Assembly: GCA_963740315.1 (NCBI GenBank)
Contig: CAVUDP010000001.1
Span: forward strand, 736,001-800,000
DNA: 64,000 nucleotides
Direction of reading: 5' to 3'
From: an uncultured cyanobacterium
GTDB taxonomy: Bacteria > Cyanobacteriota > Cyanobacteriia > Cyanobacteriales > Nostocaceae
In this document: piece by piece, positions 49,633 through 57,692 of the stretch
Position numbering within the stretch: the stretch's first letter is position 1
How the letters are laid out: every line of letters begins with the position of its first letter
Notes under the pieces: model-generated
Seen by the model: the letters and a program-made list of their open reading frames with translations, nothing else
Told to the model about the DNA's origin: nothing
The model's database searches: none
Position numbers and translations under genes: made by a program

Positions 49633-50238
49633 CTAACTCGCAGCCAGTTGACTCCAACTCACATAAGGCAACTTAGCAGCAGTTTCCTTAACCTTCTGTG
49701 CATTACTTACCAATTGTCCGCAAGCATCCCAAGTACCCGAAACAAACATATTTTTCGCACCTTCACCCATTTGTACGGGTGCTGAAAAATCACCGCACTG
49801 CACTTTCATTGCTTGCAAGTCTATCGTAATATTTGCTTGAGGATTATCTGTTAACATCACCTGCAATTGTTCAACGGTATCTGAATCAGCGGTAACGCAA
49901 GGAACGCCCATAGCTACGCAATTACCGAAGAATATTTCTGCAAAACTCTCGCCAATTACAGCCTGTATTCCCCATTTAGCAAGTGCTTGGGGTGCGTGTT
50001 CTCTAGAAGAACCACAGCCAAAGTTACGGTTGACTACCAATAGACTTGCATTTTGATACTGCGGTTGGTCGAAGGCATGTTTACCTTCAAGTCCTTTGCG
50101 ATCGTCTTCAAAAGCGTGTTCTCCCAAACCATCAAAAGTAACGCAACGCAAAAACCGCGCTGGAATAATTCGATCTGTATCGATATCGTTACCTACCAAA
50201 GGAATACCGTTTCCGGAAACTGTTTTAACTTCACTCAT
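49633..50238 (-). CDS. leuD: 3-isopropylmalate dehydratase small subunit
   Basis: [34 protein letters not shown]. Confidence 0.97.
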   Translation of the reverse strand: MSEVKTVSGNGIPLVGNDIDTDRIIPARFLRCVTFDGLGEHAFEDDRKGLEGKHAFDQPQYQNASLLVVNRNFGCGSSREHAPQALAKWGIQAVIGESFAEIFFGNCVAMGVPCVTADSDTVEQLQVMLTDNPQANITIDLQAMKVQCGDFSAPVQMGEGAKNMFVSGTWDACGQLVSNAQKVKETAAKLPYVSWSQLAAS

Positions 50239-50387
50239 TACGATTTTGGATTTTAGATTTTAGATTTTGGATTGGTAATTGGTAATGGGTAATAGGTAAT
50301 TGGTAATTGGTAATTGGGAAAATTCTACCCCCTCTTCCCTCTCTTCCCCCTCTACCCCCTCTCCTTTCAACTAACAACTATCAACTA

Positions 50388-51794
50388 TCAACTAACAAAT
50401 TCACGTACATCTGCAACAGTACCTTTAATTGCGGCTGCTGCAACCATTGCGGGACTCATTAATAATGTACGTCCGCTCGCGGAACCTTGTCTTCCTTTGA
50501 AGTTGCGATTGGAGGAAGAAGCACTTATTTGTCTTCCCTGCAATTTATCGGGGTTCATTGCTAAACACATGGAACATCCGGGTTCTCGCCATTCAAATCC
50601 GGCTGCTTGAAAGATTTTATCTAAACCTTCGGCTTCGGCTTGTTTTTTGACTCTTTCGGAACCGGGAACCACAAAGGCTTTTACTCCTTGGGCTACTTGA
50701 TGCCCTTTGGCAATTTTGGCGGCTTCGCGTAAGTCACCGATCCTACCGTTGGTGCAGCTACCAATAAAGCAAACATCTATTTTTGTACCTTTAATGGGAT
50801 TACCGGGTGCTAAATCCATGTAGTGATAAGCTTCTTCGGCAATAAAACGGTCTTCGGCTGGTAATTCTTCGGGTAATGGAATGGTTTGATTGATTCCTAT
50901 ACCTTGTCCGGGAGTGATTCCCCAAGTAACGGTAGGCGAAATATCTGCGGCATCAAATACTACTACATCATCGTAAACTGCATCCGCATCGCTACGGAGA
51001 GATTCCCACCAAGCAATGGCTTTATCCCAATCTTCTCCTTTGGGCGCAAAGTCTTTACCCTTGAGGTATTCATAAGTAACGTTATCGGGATTAACGTAAC
51101 CGCATCTCGCACCGCCTTCGATGGACATATTACACGCGGTCATCCGTTCTTCCATGTTCATCTGTTCAAAGGTGGTACCTGCAAATTCGTAAGCATAACC
51201 GACACCACCTTTCACGCCAAGAGTACGGATAATGTGTAAAACCACATCTTTGGCGTAAACACCCGGTTTTAAAGTACCGTTAACTTCGATTTTGCGGACT
51301 TTTAATTTAGATAGCGCCAAGGTTTGGGAAGCCAGCACATCGCGCACCTGAGAAGTACCAATACCGCATGCGATCGCACCAAATGCACCGTGGGTTGAAG
51401 TGTGACTATCACCACAAGCAATAGTCATTCCCGGTTGGGTAAGTCCCTGCTCTGGGGCGATTACGTGAACGATACCTTGATTTCCCGTACCGATATTGTA
51501 AAAAGTTATTTCATTTTCTTGACAATTTGTTTCCAGCGCTTGCATCATCTCCTCTGCCAAAGTATCGACAAAAGGACGCGCTTGATTATCAGTAGGTACG
51601 ATATGGTCAACCGTTGCCACCGTGCGCTCCGGAAACATCACCTTCAAACCCCGTTCCCTAAGCATCGCAAAGGCTTGAGGACTCGTTACTTCATGAATTA
51701 AATGCAGCCCAATAAACAGTTGCGTTTGCCCGGAAGCAAGAGTAGCAACTGTATGTAAATCCCAAACTTTATCAAATAACGTGCCTTTGCTCAT
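50388..51794 (-). CDS. leuC: 3-isopropylmalate dehydratase large subunit
   Basis: [52 protein letters not shown]; true start ATG 51794. Confidence 0.97.
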   Translation of the reverse strand: MSKGTLFDKVWDLHTVATLASGQTQLFIGLHLIHEVTSPQAFAMLRERGLKVMFPERTVATVDHIVPTDNQARPFVDTLAEEMMQALETNCQENEITFYNIGTGNQGIVHVIAPEQGLTQPGMTIACGDSHTSTHGAFGAIACGIGTSQVRDVLASQTLALSKLKVRKIEVNGTLKPGVYAKDVVLHIIRTLGVKGGVGYAYEFAGTTFEQMNMEERMTACNMSIEGGARCGYVNPDNVTYEYLKGKDFAPKGEDWDKAIAWWESLRSDADAVYDDVVVFDAADISPTVTWGITPGQGIGINQTIPLPEELPAEDRFIAEEAYHYMDLAPGNPIKGTKIDVCFIGSCTNGRIGDLREAAKIAKGHQVAQGVKAFVVPGSERVKKQAEAEGLDKIFQAAGFEWREPGCSMCLAMNPDKLQGRQISASSSNRNFKGRQGSASGRTLLMSPAMVAAAAIKGTVADVREFVS

Positions 51795-51849
51795 CTCAAT
51801 CCGTTCGCTAAGAGTCAGGTTTATTGATGTTATCAAAATATGGTCACAG

Positions 51850-52221
51850 AGGGTAGGGAGGGGAGGGGGAGATGGGGAGATGGGGAGATGGGGAGATGGG
51901 GAGAGGGGGGAGATGAGGGAGATGGGGAGAGGGGGGAGATGGGGAGAGGGGGAGATGGGGAGAGGGGGGAGATGGGGAGAGGGGGAGATAATTTTTAACA
52001 ACTAACTCCTAACTCCTAACTCCTAACTGGTCACTGGTAACTGGTAACTGGTCACTGGTAACTGGTAACTGGTCACTGATTACTGCTCACTGCTCACTGC
52101 TCACTGATTACTGCTCACTGCTCACTGCTCACTGATTACTGCTCACTGCTCACTGCTCACTGATTACTGCTCACTGCTCACTGCTCACTGCTCACTGATT
52201 ACTGCTCACTGATTACTGATT
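51850..52221. repeat. G-rich tract plus STRR arrays (CTCCTAA, CTGGTAA/CTGGTCA, CTGCTCA/CTGATTA with 28-bp higher-order period)
   Basis: Read directly; extends into the 3' end of the HPF-like gene. Confidence 0.95.
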
Positions 52222-52582
52222 CATCAACAGCTTGTTGCGGATGTTCTTTGACTTCACCTCGCTGTCTGTCATTAAGTTCTTTTAATTGACGCTGCATAGC
52301 ATCGAAAGCATGACGAATTACTGAATCCACGGGTTCGTATTGAGTTCCTTTGTCGGGGCTGCGGTCTACTGCTAGTTCGTGAGCAGGTGGTACGGTGATA
52401 TCTAAGCGCACTCGATAGGGAGAACCGCTACTGGGATGGTCGTGTGCTTTTTCGATAGCTACGCGACAACTGCTAATATGGTCGCAAAATTGTTCTAATT
52501 TAGCAATCTTGGAATTTACTAATGAATCTAATGCTTCTGTTTTATCTACACCACGATAAGTAATTTCTGGTTGTATGTTCAT
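52199..52582 (-). CDS. HPF/RaiA family ribosome-associated protein
   Basis: PEITYR, KIAKLE.FCDHISSCRV.IE, YRVRLDITVP, IRHAFDA..RQL. Confidence 0.85.
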   Translation of the reverse strand: MNIQPEITYRGVDKTEALDSLVNSKIAKLEQFCDHISSCRVAIEKAHDHPSSGSPYRVRLDITVPPAHELAVDRSPDKGTQYEPVDSVIRHAFDAMQRQLKELNDRQRGEVKEHPQQAVDESVISEQ

Positions 52583-52916
52583 AAAATTTTACTTTGTATA
52601 TATGCTTGCGATCGGTCTCTGCATAATAATCAGGCAAGTATCCTGCTTTTGACTTCTTTCTCAAAGGTGAGAAATTTGCGATCGCCTTCTATCTTCCGTA
52701 GGAGATTTGATTAATTAAAAATTCTATCTCAATATTTTTTACAACATTTTATGCCGCTAATCTAAAAAAATAATTACTGTATCTATTGTTAAGAATCAAT
52801 TAGTTTTTGCAAAAGAATTACAGTTAATGCCATTCTAATGAATTTTTCGGATTTAATCGCTTGTTTTCCCGAATTTTGCGCTTATATCAGAAAAAGAAAC
52901 ACATTTAAAGGAAAAG

Positions 52917-54458
52917 ATGAATTCAATTCGCATTGAAGCGGAAAATTATAAAAATGCTATTGACAAAACCAGCGGCAATAGTGGTGGAAAGTACCGCTCT
53001 GATGATGTTGATATTGCATACAGTAACGATGTTGATGGTGGTTATTCGCTTGGTTGGATTGAGTCGGGGGAATGGTTGACTTATGATTTTACCGTTCCAA
53101 TATCGGGAGAATATCGCTTAGTTTCGCGCATGGCTTCGGCACAAGATGGAAATCATAGTTTTCAAGCAACTATTGGGCAACAAAAAGCGAATTTTGATGT
53201 AGGTAATACTGGTGGCTGGTGGAATTGGCAAAATGTTGATTCCGCTGAAATCTCTTTGGATGCAGGTAGTTACGAAATGCGTCTGGATATGTTGGGGAGT
53301 TCTTTTAATATTAATTACCTGGAGTTAATTCCTGTCTCTTCAGTAAAAAATAATAACTTAATTTATGGCGGTACGGGCAATAATTCTTTTTATGGCGATC
53401 GCGGCATAGATACTATTACTTATGATGCAGCTAATAGTGGTATTGTTGCAGACTTGAATTCTGGTAAGGTAACTCACGATTTTATAACTTCTTCTACACA
53501 ACCCCTTAAAATAATGCCTTTGGGTGATTCTAATACAGAAGGTTGGGGTAGTTGGGATTTAGGGGCTTACCGCGATGATTTATGGCAGTTATTTGAGAAC
53601 AATAATTATAATATAGATTTTGTCGGACCTCATGCAACTGGTCCGGTTGGTTTCGATCGCGATCATGCTGGATTTAGTGGCTGGAGAATAGCTGATATTG
53701 ACAGTGCTGTGGATGGTTGGTTAGATGATGCTCAACCAGATATAGTGCTATTAACAATCGGCACTAATGATATACTTCGAGCCGCCGATATGAGTACGGC
53801 ACCCAATCGTCTTAGCAATCTAATTGACACAATTAGCTATCATTCACCAAATACGCAGCTTTTAATAAGTTCGATTCCACCGATTAGTCGAACAGAAGAA
53901 CAACAACAGCAGGTTATAGAATTTAATTCATATATACCCGGCATTGTTGATAGTAAAGCGGCACAAGGTAAAAATGTTAGTTTCGTCGATATTTTCAGTG
54001 GATTAACATTCGATGATTTAGAAGATGGAGTTCATGCGACTGAAGAAGGCTATAAAAAAGTTGCTGATATTTGGTACGATGCAATTATTGACAACAATAG
54101 TCCTCAAGATAGCCTCAGTAATATCGAAAATATCATCGGTTCTCGTTACGATGATGGCATTATAGGTAACGCTGGTGTTAATACTATAAAAGGTGGTTTT
54201 GGTAACGATACATTAACTGGCGGCGGTGGTAGCGACAAATTTGTTTTAGCATCGAGAGAAGGAGTTGAGACTATTACCGATTTTGTCATAGGTGAAGATT
54301 ATTTAGTATTATCTAGCGGTTTAAATTTGCACGATATTACTGCTACTCAAGGTCTTGGTAGTAATATCAACAATACTTGGATTATGCATAAAGATGAAAC
54401 CTTAGCCATATTAACTGGAATGGAAGCACTTCGTCTTTCTGCTAATGATTTTGTTTGA
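52917..54458 (+). CDS. CBM6-like + SGNH/GDSL hydrolase + RTX Ca-binding repeat protein
   Basis: RIEAENY..GWIESGEWL.Y..NTGGW (CBM6); IMPLGDSNT, GTND, DGVH (SGNH); GGFGNDTLTGGGGSDKF (RTX). Confidence 0.88.
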   Translation: MNSIRIEAENYKNAIDKTSGNSGGKYRSDDVDIAYSNDVDGGYSLGWIESGEWLTYDFTVPISGEYRLVSRMASAQDGNHSFQATIGQQKANFDVGNTGGWWNWQNVDSAEISLDAGSYEMRLDMLGSSFNINYLELIPVSSVKNNNLIYGGTGNNSFYGDRGIDTITYDAANSGIVADLNSGKVTHDFITSSTQPLKIMPLGDSNTEGWGSWDLGAYRDDLWQLFENNNYNIDFVGPHATGPVGFDRDHAGFSGWRIADIDSAVDGWLDDAQPDIVLLTIGTNDILRAADMSTAPNRLSNLIDTISYHSPNTQLLISSIPPISRTEEQQQQVIEFNSYIPGIVDSKAAQGKNVSFVDIFSGLTFDDLEDGVHATEEGYKKVADIWYDAIIDNNSPQDSLSNIENIIGSRYDDGIIGNAGVNTIKGGFGNDTLTGGGGSDKFVLASREGVETITDFVIGEDYLVLSSGLNLHDITATQGLGSNINNTWIMHKDETLAILTGMEALRLSANDFV

Positions 54459-54536
54459 ATTTAGTTGTTAGTTGTTAATTGTTAGTTGTTAGAAAAATTC
54501 CTAACTTTTAATTCCTAACTCCTAATTCCTAACTTT

Positions 54537-55355
54537 TTAAAGCTGCAATTGAGCTAACCCCAAATACTTAACTCCTTCGGGTGTAGTTTCAAAGCGACAA
54601 GGCAATACTTCTAAACCCATAGATACTGCTTGTCGTAATAATTTACCATATACGGGATCGGCAATATCGCCGGGTGCAAAGTGAGTGCAGTCGCTACGGT
54701 TAATAAAGTAAAGCATTACTCCACGAGTTTCGGGCAAAAGCGCCATTAATTCACGTATGTGCTTTTGTCCCCTTGTTGTTTCGGTGTCGGGAAATAAAGC
54801 TAATCTTTTATCCGTCCAAGTTGTATTTTTCACTTCTAAATATATTGAACGATTATCGTCTTTTGGTAAAGTTTTATTTTTTGTCTCTACATAATTACTA
54901 TTTATTGTAGTATCTAAAAGTGAAAGTTGTTTTGATAAATCAATTGCTTGTTCGGAGACAGGTAAATAAAAATCTACTCGGCTTTTTCTATCTTGTCCGT
55001 AAACAACTTCGCTTTTAACTTCATCGTATTTTCCTAATTCTGGAAAGATATTTTTTTGTAGCGCTATTTTAATAATTTTATTTGGTAAACCTGTATTTAC
55101 ACCTACCCAAGTTGGTTCGTTATCGTGCAATTGAATCATTTCCCAAGTGTAAGCTAATTTACGTTTGGGATTGTCTGTTTTTGATAGCTGTACTGGGTTT
55201 CCGGGAATATAAACACCTTTCATCGGTCCCGTATTCGGACAGTGTGCTGTAACAATTTCTCCAGAATCAAGTTTTACATCTGCAAAAAATCTTTTGTAGC
55301 GTTTTAGTAAAATTCCGGGATATAAAGTTGGGTAGCGGTAGAGGAAATCAATCAT
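54537..55355 (-). CDS. sfsA: DNA/RNA nuclease SfsA
   Basis: KRYKRFFADV, AHCPNTG, SRVDF, YLEVKN, FPDT.T.RGQKH. Confidence 0.95.
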   Translation of the reverse strand: MIDFLYRYPTLYPGILLKRYKRFFADVKLDSGEIVTAHCPNTGPMKGVYIPGNPVQLSKTDNPKRKLAYTWEMIQLHDNEPTWVGVNTGLPNKIIKIALQKNIFPELGKYDEVKSEVVYGQDRKSRVDFYLPVSEQAIDLSKQLSLLDTTINSNYVETKNKTLPKDDNRSIYLEVKNTTWTDKRLALFPDTETTRGQKHIRELMALLPETRGVMLYFINRSDCTHFAPGDIADPVYGKLLRQAVSMGLEVLPCRFETTPEGVKYLGLAQLQL

Positions 55356-55505
55356 CAGTTAGCAGTTAGCAGTGAGCAGTGAACAGTTGGATTAAAAGAG
55401 TTATGAGTTATGAGTTACGAGTTAATAATTAATAGTTCAAATTTCTCCCCATCTCCCCATCTCCCCATCTTTCCATCTCCCCATGCCCAATGCCCAATTC
55501 CTAAT
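55355..55505. repeat. Composite STRR plus C-rich tract
   Basis: CAGTTAG and GAGTTAT heptamers, then CCCCATCT and ATGCCCA repeats. Confidence 0.85.
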
Positions 55506-55567
55506 TCGTCGGTTAGGATTAGTATCTATAATTAAAACGGAATAATATCTACTGAGTTAAGTTAACT

Positions 55568-56842
55568 ATGATGGAACAAGAATCGTTTGTAATGGGATTG
55601 GAAAAGGCAAAGCAGAAGGATTATACTGGCGCTGTTGAGGAATTTACCAAAGCGCTGCAAGTTAATCCCGAGTTTGTTGAGGCTTATTATCAACGAGGTT
55701 TAGCATACTACGATTTGGGGAAGATTGCACAAGCGGTTTTTGATTACGATCGGGTTTTGAAGCGGGATTCTTACAATGTAGAAGCATATTATTGTCGTGC
55801 TTTAGCTCGGTTGGCGCTGAAAAATTTACCCGGTGCTTTGAAAGATGTCGATCGCGCAATCTCCCTTAATTCTTATAAAGCTGGTGCTTACAATTTACGG
55901 GGTGTGGTAGAGCGTAAATTAGGAAATATTGAAGGTGCGATCGCCAATTTTAAAAAGGCAGCAGAGTTATATTTGGAGCAGCAGGATGCCGAAAATGCAA
56001 AGCGGTGTTTGGAGAAAGTGAAGCAGCTACAACCGCGCAAGCAAGAGGTTGTTGTAGAAAAACCGACGTTACAAACTACGCCGTTAATATCCGAGCAAGA
56101 TTATTTTACCGCTTTGTTGGAGAAAGCGGAGAAGGGAGACACCCGCGAAGCGATGGAAGACTTGAATTGGGTGTTAAGAGCAGATTTTCAGGATGGGAAA
56201 GCTTACTGCTGTCGCGGGGTTGTATATTGCAAGCAAGGAAAATATCGAGAAGCGATCGCAGATTTTAATGCCGCGCTACAGTTGAATTTTCAAGATGCTG
56301 CGGTTTATCGCAATCGTGGTAAAGCACGTCTAAAATTAGGGGATAATCAAGGGGCAATTGTTGATTTTAATCAAGCGTTAAGAATACAGCCCGAAGATGA
56401 TTTGATCTACGTTGCTAGAGGTAATGCTTATCAAGCCATAGGTCATTATTTGGGTGCAATTGAAGATTACGATAAAGCTTTAGAAATTAATTCGACTAGT
56501 GCAACAGCTTTGTATAATCGCGGTTTATGTAATGTTCGGATGGAAGAAATTCCTCAAGCAATTAATGATTTTCAGAATGCAGCAAGTATCTATTGCGAAA
56601 AAGAAGATTGGGATAATTATCAACTAGTTTTAGAAAGCTTGAAAAAAATACATTCTCCCGCTCCTGAAGTTAAGCAAAATGACTATGAAAAGTTACGCTA
56701 TCGATTATTAAGATTAGTTGGCGGGCAATGGGAAATTGCTCAAAGATTAATCGAACAAGCAAAATTTTATTATCCCGGTATGTCCGAAGAATGGTATATC
56801 GAAACAGTGATTCACGATCTAGAAAGGGATTTGGGGAGATAG
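55568..56842 (+). CDS. Tetratricopeptide repeat protein
   Basis: Many AYxxRG...A..DF..A TPR units in two blocks. Confidence 0.92.
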   Translation: MMEQESFVMGLEKAKQKDYTGAVEEFTKALQVNPEFVEAYYQRGLAYYDLGKIAQAVFDYDRVLKRDSYNVEAYYCRALARLALKNLPGALKDVDRAISLNSYKAGAYNLRGVVERKLGNIEGAIANFKKAAELYLEQQDAENAKRCLEKVKQLQPRKQEVVVEKPTLQTTPLISEQDYFTALLEKAEKGDTREAMEDLNWVLRADFQDGKAYCCRGVVYCKQGKYREAIADFNAALQLNFQDAAVYRNRGKARLKLGDNQGAIVDFNQALRIQPEDDLIYVARGNAYQAIGHYLGAIEDYDKALEINSTSATALYNRGLCNVRMEEIPQAINDFQNAASIYCEKEDWDNYQLVLESLKKIHSPAPEVKQNDYEKLRYRLLRLVGGQWEIAQRLIEQAKFYYPGMSEEWYIETVIHDLERDLGR

Positions 56843-56945
56843 AATCAATTTTCGATTATGCTTATAATTGAAATTACAGGCTTATATAAATCCTTGCATC
56901 GAGAATTTTGAATCAGTTGTAAACTTAAATAAAAGGTAAACTGCT

Positions 56946-57161
56946 ATGCTAAAAACTATTGAAGGAATTTATAAAGACGGTAAAATAGAACTTGCCGAAA
57001 CACCACAAAATATTACTGAAAGCCGAGTCTTCGTTACTTTCTTAGAAACCAAACCGACTACTTGGTCATCTACGATTTTAGAATATAAAGGAGTAGAAGA
57101 AAGTATTATTTTTGAATCTTACCGAGACGAATTATTACCACCAAGCGAAATAGATTTATAA
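56946..57161 (+). CDS. Putative antitoxin (VapB-like partner)
   Basis: 71 aa, MLKTIEGIYKDGKIEL, FESYRDEL tail; 2 nt upstream of a PIN gene. Confidence 0.7.
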   Translation: MLKTIEGIYKDGKIELAETPQNITESRVFVTFLETKPTTWSSTILEYKGVEESIIFESYRDELLPPSEIDL

Positions 57162-57163
57162 TA

Positions 57164-57541
57164 ATGGGTTACTTACTCGATACTTGCGTAGTTAGTGATT
57201 TCGTTAAAGGAGAAACAAACACTTTGTCAGATATTTTTGTTTCATCTTTAACAGTTATGGTTAAATATGGTTTAGCTATCAATCCTCAACGTGCAGTAAA
57301 AATTCAATCATTGATTCAAACATTTTTAAGTTCAGTTACAATTTTACCTTTTGGTGAGGAAGAAGCCGAGCAAACCGCCAAAATAAGAAGCATTCTGAAA
57401 ACAGCAGGTACTCCAATTGGTGCCTATGATGTACTTATTGCAGCAACAGCCTTAACTCATAATCATATTGTTGTTACATCTAACGTCCGAGAATTTGAAA
57501 GAATATCTGGTTTACAAATTGAAAATTGGCGTTTGAAATAA
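57164..57541 (+). CDS. vapC: VapC/PIN-domain toxin (apparently degenerate)
   Basis: YLLDTC, PIGAYDVLIAATA, VTSNVREFERI.GL..ENW; only 125 aa and lacks the usual second acidic residue. Confidence 0.85.
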   Translation: MGYLLDTCVVSDFVKGETNTLSDIFVSSLTVMVKYGLAINPQRAVKIQSLIQTFLSSVTILPFGEEEAEQTAKIRSILKTAGTPIGAYDVLIAATALTHNHIVVTSNVREFERISGLQIENWRLK

Positions 57542-57692
57542 TAAATATCTCCCAATCGATAAATACAAACAACTTTAACTAAACTTCATAAAAAATATAG
57601 AATTCTTTACCAAATTAAATCATAAATCCACTGATAGACTGTGTAGACATATTATTACCAGCTACGCAAACTTCTGGATTGGAGGGTTTGGA

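Noticed and set aside
51795..52001. Pro/Ser-rich N-terminal extension of LeuC
   Set aside because: Read-through of the upstream repeat; the conserved protein begins at ATG 51794. Similar spurious extensions affect ORFs at 21637, 35426, 47709 and 62317.
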